64,000 bases of DNA from assembly GCA_025458025.1 (NCBI GenBank), contig JALOTF010000003.1, positions 12,161 to 76,160 on the forward strand, written 5' to 3'. This DNA is from Beijerinckiaceae bacterium. Its GTDB lineage: Bacteria; Pseudomonadota; Alphaproteobacteria; Rhizobiales; Beijerinckiaceae. Positions 1-9,356 of the stretch are shown one piece after another (the stretch's first letter is position 1; every line of letters starts with the position of its first letter). The translations under genes and the position numbers were made by a program. Under the pieces are notes generated by a model that saw nothing but the letters and a program-made list of their open reading frames with translations, ran no database searches and was not told the DNA's origin.

Positions 1-428
1 GGGATCGCCAGCCCCACCTGCGCGCTCGCCATAAGGGCTGAATCGACGAGGCTGTTCGCGCGGCTCGCAGCCAGAGCGCCGAGTGTGATGCCCAGAGTGG
101 CCGCGAGGAAACTCGCCATCAGCGCCAGCGGCAATGTCACCTGCAGGCGTTCGGCAATGAGCCCCGCAACGGGCACGCGATAGGCATAGGAAATGCCGAG
201 ATCCCCCGTGAAAAACCCGATAATCCAGCCGAAAAAACGCTGGAAGGCCGGCGCATCGAGGCCCAGCTCGGTGCGCAAGGCCGCCACCGTTTCCGGCGTC
301 GCCGTGAGGCCGAGCATGACCGCGGCGGGATCGCCGGGGAGGATCTCGGTCACGCCGAAAATGACGATCGCCGCTACCAGCAAGGTGGTGAGGAGCGTCA
401 CCAGACGGCGCGCCAGGAAGGAGATCAT
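1..428 (-). CDS. Peptide/nickel ABC transporter permease (DppB/OppB-like), truncated by window edge
   Basis: Reverse translation from ATG at 428 gives MISFLARRLVTLLTTLLVAAIVIFGVTEILPGDPAA, the typical DppB N-terminus; lies directly downstream of a family-5 binding protein. Confidence 0.85.
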   Translation of the reverse strand, partial: MISFLARRLVTLLTTLLVAAIVIFGVTEILPGDPAAVMLGLTATPETVAALRTELGLDAPAFQRFFGWIIGFFTGDLGISYAYRVPVAGLIAERLQVTLPLALMASFLAATLGITLGALAASRANSLVDSALMASAQVGLAI

Positions 429-458
429 GCCGGAGCGCCGTAACGCGGCCTCAAGCTG

Positions 459-1991
459 TTACTGCCAGCTTAGCGCGGCCAGCGGGTTGGCGGGCACGGG
501 CCAATTGGTCCACATGCCCGTGAGCCCGGCACGGCTGACGGTGATCTTCGGCAGCATGAAGAGATAGACGTTCGCGTGATCCGCCGTGATGAGGCGTTGC
601 GCCTCCTGATAGGCGGCGTTTCGCTCGGCCTCGGTTTTCGCCGATTTCGTGCGTGCCACGGCGGCCTTCACGGCCTCCGAATTGTAGCCGAAATAATAGC
701 CGTCCCGCGCGTAAATGTTGATATCCAGCGGCTCGACATGCGCCACGATGGTGAGATCGTAATCGCGCTGGCGATAGACGCGCTCCAGCCATTGCGCCCA
801 TTGCACCGGCTCGATGGAGACCTTGATCCCCACCTGCCCCAGCATGGCCGCGACAATCTCGCCGCCGCGCTGCGCATAGGCCGGCGGCGGCAGGCGGAGC
901 GTAACCGAGAAGCCGTTGGGGAAGCCCGCTTCCGCGAGCAGCTTCTTTGCGGCGGCGGGATCGTATTTCACCGCACCCGTGAGATCGACATAGGCCGGGT
1001 GGTTTGGCGAAAAATGCGTGCCGATCAGCGTGCCGAACCCGGAAATTGCTCCTTCATTCACCTGCGAGCGATCGATGGCCTTGGAGATCGCCTCGCGCAC
1101 TTTCGGATTGTTGAAGGGCGGCTTCGAGTTGTTCATGGCCACAATCGTCTCGCCCTCGGTGCGGCCGATGGTGACGCGGAGGGCGGCGTTGGCGCGGAGC
1201 TGAGGCACGGCTTCCGGCGCGCTGAGATTGGTATGCGCGTCGCAATCGCCAGCGGTGAGTGCCGCGACCTGCGCCTGCGGATCGGAGATGAAGCGGAAGG
1301 TGGCGTTCGGAATCGTCGGCTTCTTGCCCCAGTAATTCTCGTTGCGCTTCAGCAGAAGGCGATCCCCCCGGTTCCAACGCACGAACTGGTAGGGCCCGGT
1401 GCCCACGGGCTCTGTCGCAGCCTTGTCGGCGGATTTCGCCGAGAAGATCGTGGCATCTGCCCATGCGAGGCCATCGAGGAAATCGCCCGCGAAGCTCTTC
1501 AGCGTGATCACGACCGTGCGGGCATCGCGCGCCTCGATGCGGTCGATGGGCGCGAAAATCCATTTCTGGCTGTTCTTGGAATCCGGCGCCATCGCGCGCT
1601 CGAAGGAGAATTTCACATCCTCCGCCGTCAGCGCCGCGCCATCATGGAAGGTCACGCCCGAACGCAAGGTGATGGTGTGGGTGAGGCCATCGGCGCTCGA
1701 ATCGATCTTCTCGGCGAGGCGCGGCTCGATGCGGCCTTCTCCGTTATAGGCGAGAAGCGTCTCGAACACGTTGTCATAGGTGACCTCGCGGATGGCCGCA
1801 GCAGCACCACCCGTGGGATCGAGAATCGGAGGCTCCAGCGTCTGGCAGATTGTCACCGAATCCTTCGGCGCCTGCGCGACCGCCGGGAGGGCGGAAAATC
1901 CCAGCACAGCGAGGCTGAGAGATGCGGCGAACGGCCCAAGACGGGTCGATTTTTGCATATGAATTCCCTCCCAGTTGTCAGTCAGGCGCAT
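459..1991 (-). CDS. ABC transporter substrate-binding protein, family 5 (peptide/nickel)
   Basis: Signal peptide, then motifs IEPRLAE, LRSGVTFHDG and PVGTGPYQF; the start may be the later Met (MQKSTRL). Confidence 0.9.
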   Translation of the reverse strand: MRLTDNWEGIHMQKSTRLGPFAASLSLAVLGFSALPAVAQAPKDSVTICQTLEPPILDPTGGAAAAIREVTYDNVFETLLAYNGEGRIEPRLAEKIDSSADGLTHTITLRSGVTFHDGAALTAEDVKFSFERAMAPDSKNSQKWIFAPIDRIEARDARTVVITLKSFAGDFLDGLAWADATIFSAKSADKAATEPVGTGPYQFVRWNRGDRLLLKRNENYWGKKPTIPNATFRFISDPQAQVAALTAGDCDAHTNLSAPEAVPQLRANAALRVTIGRTEGETIVAMNNSKPPFNNPKVREAISKAIDRSQVNEGAISGFGTLIGTHFSPNHPAYVDLTGAVKYDPAAAKKLLAEAGFPNGFSVTLRLPPPAYAQRGGEIVAAMLGQVGIKVSIEPVQWAQWLERVYRQRDYDLTIVAHVEPLDINIYARDGYYFGYNSEAVKAAVARTKSAKTEAERNAAYQEAQRLITADHANVYLFMLPKITVSRAGLTGMWTNWPVPANPLAALSWQ

Positions 1992-2005
1992 CAGCGCAAG
2001 CGGAC

Positions 2006-3301
2006 TTATGCATTCTCCGTGCGCTCGTGCAACAGGGTGAGCGCCGCGGCTGCCATCACCTTGGCCGAGGCGATCATATCGTCAATGCCGACCCATTCAT
2101 CGGGCTGGTGGGCAAGGTCGAGAATTCCCGGCCCATAGGCCACGCAGGCCTGCACCGAGCCATGCCGCGTGATGTGCTTCTGGTCGTAGGTTCCGGGCGA
2201 GGCGATAAGCGTCGCCGGGCGGTCGAAGAGCTGTTCTATCCAGTGGTCGAGCGTGCGCACCAGCGGCGCATCCGGCGGGGTCATGGTGGGTTCGAAGGTC
2301 ATGATCTCGCGAATCGAATAGTCGATGCCCGCACGCGTGGCCTTCACGCGGTCGAGGAGTTCGATGATCTCGCCCTTCACGGTCGCGAAATCCTCCTCGA
2401 CGAGGTAGCGCCGGTCGAGCACGAGGCGGCAGCGATCTGCGACCACCGGCGCAGGGCGGCCATCACCGGGCTCGGGCTGGCCGCCATGCAGCGAATTGAA
2501 GTTCAGCGTCGCGCGGCGCGCGCCCTCGGGCATGCAGGGCATGGCCGTGACGCGGTTGCCGAGGCGGGGCATCAGGTCCCTCTCGATCAGCCCCAGCAGA
2601 TCGCCCATGCCGGCAATCGCATTGACGCCGAGGAAAGGCATCGCGCCATGGCCGATGGCCCCGGTGATCTCCACCTCCGCCCACCACACGCCGCGATGGC
2701 CAAGGCAGATGCGATCGGGGTTCAGCGGCTCGGGGATGATGACGTGATCCACGCGGGAACGATCGAAAAAGCCGTGGCGCGCCAGGTAGCCCGCGCCACC
2801 GAAGCCGCCCGACTCCTCATCCGCCGTGCCGGAAAACTCCAGCGCGCCGCGCGTGAGGAGCCCGCATTCCAGCAGCGCATCAATGGCGATAAGGCTCGCG
2901 GCGATGCCGCCCTTCATGTCGCAAGCACCGCGCCCGTAAACCCGGCCATCCTTCACCAGCCCCTCGAAGGGCGGAACGGTCCAGCCAAGACCGACTTCCA
3001 CCACATCGATATGGCCGTTGAAATGGATGCAAGGCCCGGGCTGCGCGCCCTCGAACCGGCCGATCACATTCCAGCGGGGAAATTCATCGCTGTCATCCGG
3101 CTCGCCTTCGGCCCGGATCTGCTGCACCGCGCCGCCCCGCGCGGCGAGCCAGCCGCCGAGATAGGCGCAGATCGCGCGGTAATCCGTGCCCGGCGGGTTG
3201 ATTGTGGGAAAGCGCAGGAGATCCTGCGTGAGGCTTACGAGGGCATCGCGCGAGGCGTCGATCCGCGCGAAAAGCCGGGTGATGTCTTCCGCCGCGATCA
3301 T
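2006..3301 (-). CDS. M20 family ArgE/DapE-like deacylase
   Basis: Metal-binding motifs HFNGHIDVV, GRGACDMKGG and ADEESGG, C-terminal AHQPDEWV; start taken at MIAAEDI. Confidence 0.88.
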   Translation of the reverse strand: MIAAEDITRLFARIDASRDALVSLTQDLLRFPTINPPGTDYRAICAYLGGWLAARGGAVQQIRAEGEPDDSDEFPRWNVIGRFEGAQPGPCIHFNGHIDVVEVGLGWTVPPFEGLVKDGRVYGRGACDMKGGIAASLIAIDALLECGLLTRGALEFSGTADEESGGFGGAGYLARHGFFDRSRVDHVIIPEPLNPDRICLGHRGVWWAEVEITGAIGHGAMPFLGVNAIAGMGDLLGLIERDLMPRLGNRVTAMPCMPEGARRATLNFNSLHGGQPEPGDGRPAPVVADRCRLVLDRRYLVEEDFATVKGEIIELLDRVKATRAGIDYSIREIMTFEPTMTPPDAPLVRTLDHWIEQLFDRPATLIASPGTYDQKHITRHGSVQACVAYGPGILDLAHQPDEWVGIDDMIASAKVMAAAALTLLHERTENA

Positions 3302-3350
3302 GCCCCCTCCCCGGTTTCCGGCGCGAGGATAGCCGGGCATGCGCCGCTGG

Positions 3351-4181
3351 CTAGAAGAAAATGCCCCAGATGAAGCGCGCGGAGACAATGAGCAGGAACA
3401 CGCCAAAGGCGATTTCCAGCGTTCGCTTCTGCATGCGATGCGCAAGGCGCGCGCCAAACGGCGCGAAATAGGCCGAAACCGGCGCAATCAGCGCAAAACC
3501 GAGCAGCGATACGAAGCCCACGGAGAGCGGCGGGAGCACGGCCATCTTCGACCAGCCTGCGAGGATGTAGCTGATCGCGCCGGGAATCGAGATCAGCACG
3601 CCGAGGCCCGAGGAGGTCGCCACCGCATTGTGGATGGTCTTGCCGTGCAAGGTGAGGATCATGTTCGAGATCGCCCCGCCGCCAATGCCCATGAGAGATG
3701 AGGCGAGGCCGATCAGCACGCCATAAGCGCGCATGCCAAGCTTGCCCGGCAGATCAGCTGCGATACGCCAGTCATCCCGTCCCGCGAGCAGCTTCGTGGC
3801 ATTCGAGCCCGCGACCAGCACGAAAACGAGCTTCAGCACCAGCGGCGGCGCGAAGGCGGCAATCGCACCGCCCACGAGCACCGAGAGCACCACCGGCACG
3901 GCCCAGACCTTCAGTACATCCTCCAGCACCTTCCCCTTCGCGCGATGTGCCCGGTAGGACTGGATGGAAGTGGGGATGATGATAGCCAGCGAGGTGCCGA
4001 CACAGAGGTGCATCCGCACATCCTCCGGAACACCGAGGAACCCGAAAATCTGGTAGAGCACGGGCACGATCACCGCGCCGCCGCCTACGCCGAACATGCC
4101 GGCAAGCAGGCCGGTCAGAACCCCCGCAGCCAATAGCGCGATGACCAGCGGAACGAGGTCGCCGATGGGAATGCCGAACAT
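3351..4181 (-). CDS. Sulfite exporter TauE/SafE family membrane protein
   Basis: Repeated GxxxG motifs (AGMFGVGGGAVIVP; SSLMGIGGG), VGTSLAII and about 8 hydrophobic segments. Confidence 0.88.
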   Translation of the reverse strand: MFGIPIGDLVPLVIALLAAGVLTGLLAGMFGVGGGAVIVPVLYQIFGFLGVPEDVRMHLCVGTSLAIIIPTSIQSYRAHRAKGKVLEDVLKVWAVPVVLSVLVGGAIAAFAPPLVLKLVFVLVAGSNATKLLAGRDDWRIAADLPGKLGMRAYGVLIGLASSLMGIGGGAISNMILTLHGKTIHNAVATSSGLGVLISIPGAISYILAGWSKMAVLPPLSVGFVSLLGFALIAPVSAYFAPFGARLAHRMQKRTLEIAFGVFLLIVSARFIWGIFF

Positions 4182-4643
4182 GATGTGGATTTCCGATGGG
4201 AATGGATGCAGAACGGCTGTAACGCAGTCGCGCCGCTTGCGCAAATCGAACCGCGCGGGTTTCGAGAGGAATCCATGCAACTTTTAGCGCTTGTCTGCGC
4301 AATTCCGAGGATTTTCCGCGTGAAGCGTGGCGCATCATGCCGCACCGGGCAGTCATAACTTCAGAGGCAGCGCAACCGTTCTTGCAAAGATTCCCACGAA
4401 TAATCGTGATGACACTCGTGTATTGCCGATAACGATGTTGCTATTTCCATCAATTGTCTTTTTCATGAACTCTTTGATGTTTGGCTATACGAAACCGTTT
4501 CAGCGATTGAGTGCTTGCAATTTGTGGAAAACCGTGGACTTTACACCCTCAGGGAAAGCCGATAGCAGCCCAAGACTTGGGAGCCTCGCCTGACCGGCTT
4601 TTTAGCCCGGGCGAGCAATACGGCATGAAAACAGGGGGAGCGA

Positions 4644-5297
4644 ATGATCGCCAAGCCACCGGGCGGAAGGGCCCGATCCATTCAGGACATCGTCGCCGGG
4701 GCTGTGCTGATCGGCATCGCAGCCCTTGCCCTTTATCTCGTCAACCACCTGCCGGCAGCGGGTCGCGTGGGCTTTGCCTCCGGCACGGCGCCGCGGCTTT
4801 TTGCCTATGGGCTCGCGGCACTCGGAGCCTGGATCATGATCTCGGGTTTCCTGAAAGAAGGGCCGGGCGTTGATTCGAGCCTTGCGCCAAGCGTTGCCGG
4901 GCTTTTTGTCTTCTTCATCGTCATGTGGCTGGTCGATCAGGGGCTGAATTCGCTGGCGAAAAGCACGGGCGTCGTGCTGTTCGACAAGATCTCGGCTCTC
5001 GTTGGGTTCATCATTTCCGGAGGGATTGTGGCGGTTGCGAACGGTTTCCCGGGCAAGGACCGCTTCGGCATGCAAGGCCCACTCGCCATTCTCGGCTCGG
5101 TGCTTTTCTTCGCCTTCACCGTGCGTGATCTCGGCCTCGCGGTCACCGGCGTTCCGATGATCGTGATCTCCTATTTCGCGTCCCGCGAGGGCTCGATCAC
5201 GGAAGCGCTGATCTTCGGTGCTGCGATGACTGCTTTCTGTTGCGTGCTGTTCCCGGGCATCCTGGGCCAGCCGATCCCCCTCTGGCCGACCTTCTGA
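4644..5297 (+). CDS. tctB: Tripartite tricarboxylate transporter small membrane subunit
   Basis: Motif GFASGTAPRLFA, hydrophobic throughout, ends in PIPLWP, precedes tctA. Confidence 0.8.
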   Translation: MIAKPPGGRARSIQDIVAGAVLIGIAALALYLVNHLPAAGRVGFASGTAPRLFAYGLAALGAWIMISGFLKEGPGVDSSLAPSVAGLFVFFIVMWLVDQGLNSLAKSTGVVLFDKISALVGFIISGGIVAVANGFPGKDRFGMQGPLAILGSVLFFAFTVRDLGLAVTGVPMIVISYFASREGSITEALIFGAAMTAFCCVLFPGILGQPIPLWPTF

Positions 5298-5307
5298 GGC
5301 GCGATCC

Positions 5308-6819
5308 ATGGAACTTCTGACAAACCTTGCACATGGGTTCGCCGTTGCGGTCACGCCCATGAACATCCTGCTCTGCCTCATCGGCGCGCTTGTGGGCACG
5401 CTGATCGGCGTGCTGCCCGGCATCGGCCCGATCGCGACCATCGCGATGCTGCTGCCGATCACATACAAGCTCGACCCGACGGGCGCGCTCATCATGCTCG
5501 CGGGCATCTATTACGGCGCGCAATATGGCGGGTCGACCACGGCCATCCTCGTGAACCTGCCGGGTGAAAGTTCTTCGGTGGTCACCGCCATTGACGGCCA
5601 CCAGATGGCGAAGAAAGGCCGCGCCGGCACGGCGCTCGCCATTGCCGCCATCGGCTCGTTCATCGCGGGCACCTTTGGCACGATCCTGGTGGCTGCCCTC
5701 GGCAAGCCGCTGACTTCCGTGGCGCAAGCCTTCGGGCCTGCCGACTATTTCTCGCTGATGGTGCTGGGCCTTGTCTGCGCCATCGTGCTGGCCTCGGGCT
5801 CGGTGCTGAAGGCGATCGCCATGATCTTCCTCGGCCTGCTGCTGTCCACGATCGGCACCGACCTTGAAACCGGCGAACAACGCATGACCTTCGGCCTGCT
5901 GCCTCTGGCGGATGGCATCGAATTCGTAACGCTCGCCATGGGCATGTTCGGCTTCGCGGAAATCCTGCGGAACCTCGAGAACACAGAGAGCCGCGACCTC
6001 GTGCAGCAAAAGGTGACCAACCTGATGCCAACGAAGGCCGACATGAAGGAAGCCGCGCCGGCTATTGCGCGTGGCACGGTGCTGGGCTCCATTCTCGGCA
6101 TCCTGCCGGGCGGTGGCGCGGTGCTCGCAGCCTTCGGTGCCTATACGCTGGAAAAGAAAATCGCGAAGAACCCGCAGGAATTCGGCAAGGGCGCCATTCG
6201 CGGCGTGGCAGGGCCGGAATCGGCCAACAACGCGGCGGCGCAGACCTCGTTCATCCCGCTGCTCACCCTCGGCATTCCGCCGAATGCGGTGATGGCGGTG
6301 ATGGTCGGCGCGATGACCATCCATGGCATCGTTCCGGGTCCGCAGATCATGACAAAGCAGCCGGATCTTTTCTGGGGCCTGATCGCCTCGATGTGGATCG
6401 GCAACCTGATGCTTGTCATCATCAACCTGCCGCTGGTGGGCCTGTGGGTGCGCCTGCTGCGCGTGCCGTATCGCATGCTCTTCCCGGCAATCCTGCTGTT
6501 CTGCGCGATTGGCGTGTATTCGATCAACAACCAGCCCTTCGATGTGGTGCTCACGGCCTTCTTCGGCCTCACGGGCTACATGCTGATCAAGCTCGGCTTC
6601 GAGCCGGCGCCGATGCTGGTGGCCTTCGTGCTCGGCAAGATCATGGAAGAAAAACTGCGTCAGGCGATGCTGCTCTCGCGTGGTGATCCGTGGACCTTCC
6701 TGGATTTCTCGAAGCACCCGATCTCCACCGTGCTGATTGTGGTGTCAGTGGTTCTGCTGATCCTCGCTGTGACGCCGGCGCTCCGAAAGAAACGCGACGA
6801 GGTCTTCGTCGAGGACTGA
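5308..6819 (+). CDS. tctA: Tripartite tricarboxylate transporter large membrane subunit
   Basis: Motifs GTLIGVLPGIG, YYGAQYGGSTTAILVNLPG and GPESANNA. Confidence 0.95.
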   Translation: MELLTNLAHGFAVAVTPMNILLCLIGALVGTLIGVLPGIGPIATIAMLLPITYKLDPTGALIMLAGIYYGAQYGGSTTAILVNLPGESSSVVTAIDGHQMAKKGRAGTALAIAAIGSFIAGTFGTILVAALGKPLTSVAQAFGPADYFSLMVLGLVCAIVLASGSVLKAIAMIFLGLLLSTIGTDLETGEQRMTFGLLPLADGIEFVTLAMGMFGFAEILRNLENTESRDLVQQKVTNLMPTKADMKEAAPAIARGTVLGSILGILPGGGAVLAAFGAYTLEKKIAKNPQEFGKGAIRGVAGPESANNAAAQTSFIPLLTLGIPPNAVMAVMVGAMTIHGIVPGPQIMTKQPDLFWGLIASMWIGNLMLVIINLPLVGLWVRLLRVPYRMLFPAILLFCAIGVYSINNQPFDVVLTAFFGLTGYMLIKLGFEPAPMLVAFVLGKIMEEKLRQAMLLSRGDPWTFLDFSKHPISTVLIVVSVVLLILAVTPALRKKRDEVFVED

Positions 6820-6827
6820 GAATTGAG

Positions 6828-6852
6828 GGGCGGGCCCAAAAAGCCCGCCCTT
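6828..6852 (+). terminator. GC-rich hairpin after tctA (possible terminator or processing stem)
   Basis: Stem GGGCGGGC (6828-6835) pairs with GCCCGCCC (6843-6850); only a weak U-tract follows. Confidence 0.5.
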
Positions 6853-6974
6853 CCCTTATCCACCGCCGCGATTTCGCCGCAGCCGATGTGGATTCTACGG
6901 ACTTGCCTGAACCGCGCTGCGCGCTACCGTTCTGGTGCAAGAAAAACACGACAGACAATTCGAGGGAGAAACTG

Positions 6975-7949
6975 ATGTCGTTTACTCGTCGCATTCTCAT
7001 GGCTGGCTCCGCCCTTCTGATGGGCATTGCCGGTGCGGCCGCGCAGGCCTACCCGAACAAGCCGATCACCATGATCGTGCCCTTCGCGGCCGGTGGCCCG
7101 ACGGACGTGATTGCCCGCATTGTGGGCGAGCACATGTCGCGCACGCTGGGTCAGACCGTCGTGATCGAGAACGTCGCCGGCGCTGGCGGCACCACCGGCA
7201 TCACCCGCGCTTCGCGCGCCGCGCCGGATGGCTACACCATCATGATGGGCCATATGGGCACGCATGGGGCGGCCCCGGGCCTCTACCCCAATCTGGCCTA
7301 CAAGCCGCAAACGGATTTCACCCCGATTGGCCTTGCCGCCGGCACGCCGATCGTGATCGTGACCCGGAAGGATCTGCCGGTTAAGGATCTCAAGGAATTC
7401 ATCGACTACGCGAAAAAGAACGAGAAGACGATCAATCAGGCTCATGCCGGCTCGGGTTCCGTGTCGCATATTACCTGCGTCCTGCTCAACGAGATGCTCA
7501 AGATTAACCCGACCCCGATCCCGTATCAGGGCACGGGCCCGGCGCTGAACGATCTCGTTTCCGGCAAGGTCGATTACATGTGCGACCAGATCGTCTCGGT
7601 GCAGGGGCAGGTCGCCGGTGGTGGCGTGCGCGGTCTGGCGATTGCAACGACGGCGCGCTCGCCTTCGCTGCCGAACGTGCCGACGACAATGGAAGCCGGC
7701 CTCTCGCTCTTCCAGGTCTCGGCCTGGAACGCCGTGTTCGCGCCAAAGGACATCCCGGCTGAAGCGGCGACCAAGCTCCGCGACGCGCTGGTGAAGGCGG
7801 TGACCGATCCGGCCACGAAGGCGAAGCTCGAAGGTCTCGGCGGCGTGGTGCCGGATGCGGCCGGCGCTTCGCCGGAGGCCCTGGCACGCCTCGTGCGAAC
7901 CGAGAATGATCGCTGGGTTCCGCTGCTGCAGTCGCGCGTGAAGCAATAA
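6975..7949 (+). CDS. tctC: Tripartite tricarboxylate transporter substrate-binding protein (Bug/TctC)
   Basis: YPNKPITMIVPFAAGGPTD, ENVAGAGG, APDGYT and PYQGTGPAL; RBS GGAGAA before ATG at 6975. Confidence 0.93.
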   Translation: MSFTRRILMAGSALLMGIAGAAAQAYPNKPITMIVPFAAGGPTDVIARIVGEHMSRTLGQTVVIENVAGAGGTTGITRASRAAPDGYTIMMGHMGTHGAAPGLYPNLAYKPQTDFTPIGLAAGTPIVIVTRKDLPVKDLKEFIDYAKKNEKTINQAHAGSGSVSHITCVLLNEMLKINPTPIPYQGTGPALNDLVSGKVDYMCDQIVSVQGQVAGGGVRGLAIATTARSPSLPNVPTTMEAGLSLFQVSAWNAVFAPKDIPAEAATKLRDALVKAVTDPATKAKLEGLGGVVPDAAGASPEALARLVRTENDRWVPLLQSRVKQ

Positions 7950-7974
7950 CGCCTGTTCTTCTCCCGACAGGCCC

Positions 7975-8008
7975 GGCCGCGCCCGCAAGGCGCGGCCTTT
8001 TCTTTTTT
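7975..8008 (+). terminator. Rho-independent terminator
   Basis: Stem GGCCGCGCC / GGCGCGGCC followed by TTTTCTTTTTT. Confidence 0.85.
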
Positions 8009-8035
8009 CGGCAGCGGGCCTAAGCGTTATGCGAC

Positions 8036-9262
8036 ATGCCCTCCCCCGCCGAGTCGCCTTCTCCGTCGCCTCTCTCTCCGCGTGTGCGGAAAGCCATCTG
8101 GGGCCTCGGTTTCACGCAGATCATCGGCTACGGCACCACCTATTACCTGCTGGGCCTGATGGGCACGCTGATCATGCGCGATCTCGGCCTGTCGAAGAGC
8201 GTGATGCTGGCGGGCGTCTCGCTCACGCTGCTCACCTCCGGCCTTGCCGGGCCGCTTGTGGGGCGCTTTCAGGATCGGCAAGGCTCCCGCATGGTGATGG
8301 CCTTGGGCTCGCTGCTCATGGGGCTTGGCCTGCTGGTGATTGCCGTCGCGAAAGGCCCGGTGCTCTATTTCGTGGGCTGGGGTATCGTGGCTTTGGGGTC
8401 GCCGCTCTCGCTCTATAATGCGAGTTTCACGTCGCTGGCCCGCATGTCCGGCCAGAATGCGCGGCGTGCCATTGTGCTGCTGACGCTGATCGGCGGGCTT
8501 GCTTCCTCGATCGTCTGGCCTGTTACAGCCACCCTGCTGAATGTGCTGGATTGGCGCAGCCTCGTCCTGATCTTCGGGGCCGTGAATATCCTGCTCTGTG
8601 CGCCGCTGCATGGGATGCTGCTGGATGGCCGTGAGCAACAGCTTGACGGCGCCCCCTTGCCCCAACCTGTGCCGGCCGGTCTGAAGCCCGAGGGGCAGGC
8701 AGCAGCCTTCCTGCTGATGACCGTGATGCTCTCCTGCATCTCGCTTGTGGGTAACGGGTGGTCGATGCTGGCCTTCCCCGTGCTGGAAGGCCTGGGCTTC
8801 ACCTTCTCGGAAGCCGTGCTGGTCGCTAGCCTCGTGGGCGTTTTTCAGGTGCTCGGCCGCCTTGGCGAAATGGCGAGCGCCCAGAAGCATACGGCATTGC
8901 GCACGGCGCAGGTCTCGAACACGCTGTTCGCCTTCAGTTTCGTGTTGCTCGCCATATCGAAGGGCGTGCTGCTCGGCGGCATCCTGTTCGCGGCGGCCTA
9001 TGGCATCGCGAACGGCCTCAACACCATTGTGAAGGGCACGCTGACGCTCGCCCTCTTCGGCTCCCAAGGCTATGGCGAGCGGCTTGGCAAGGTGACACTG
9101 CTGCCGAGCGTGGCAGCGACCGTTGCGCCGGTCCTCGGCGGGTTGATTGTGGATCGCTCTGGCGCTTCAGGCATCGTGCTGGCCTTCATGGTCTTCGGTT
9201 TTCTCGCGATGAGCCTGATGGTTCTGCTCTCCCGCCACTGCAATCGCCACGCTGTCGGTTGA
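8036..9262 (+). CDS. MFS transporter
   Basis: About 12 hydrophobic segments; motifs TQIIGYGTTYY and GRFQDRQGSR (motif-A-like). Confidence 0.85.
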   Translation: MPSPAESPSPSPLSPRVRKAIWGLGFTQIIGYGTTYYLLGLMGTLIMRDLGLSKSVMLAGVSLTLLTSGLAGPLVGRFQDRQGSRMVMALGSLLMGLGLLVIAVAKGPVLYFVGWGIVALGSPLSLYNASFTSLARMSGQNARRAIVLLTLIGGLASSIVWPVTATLLNVLDWRSLVLIFGAVNILLCAPLHGMLLDGREQQLDGAPLPQPVPAGLKPEGQAAAFLLMTVMLSCISLVGNGWSMLAFPVLEGLGFTFSEAVLVASLVGVFQVLGRLGEMASAQKHTALRTAQVSNTLFAFSFVLLAISKGVLLGGILFAAAYGIANGLNTIVKGTLTLALFGSQGYGERLGKVTLLPSVAATVAPVLGGLIVDRSGASGIVLAFMVFGFLAMSLMVLLSRHCNRHAVG

Positions 9263-9356
9263 TCCGCGCGCGAAGCGGGTTGCGATGCGGCAAACCGCCT
9301 GCCATCTTCCGCGCGAGCGTTCAAACGCCTGATTTTCGTCTCTTGCCGGAGTTGCC

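Noticed and set aside
4489-4501. GAAAC-C-GTTTC palindrome in the tauE/tctB intergenic region as a LacI-type operator
   Set aside because: Short, with symmetry that does not fit the CG-centred LacI consensus; could be chance.
576-7988. Long antisense or alternate-frame ORFs (e.g. 576-2138, 1922-3373, 5197-6717, 6924-7988)
   Set aside because: They mirror well-supported genes on the other strand, are Arg/His/Ala-rich and carry no motifs; typical shadow frames of high-GC DNA.
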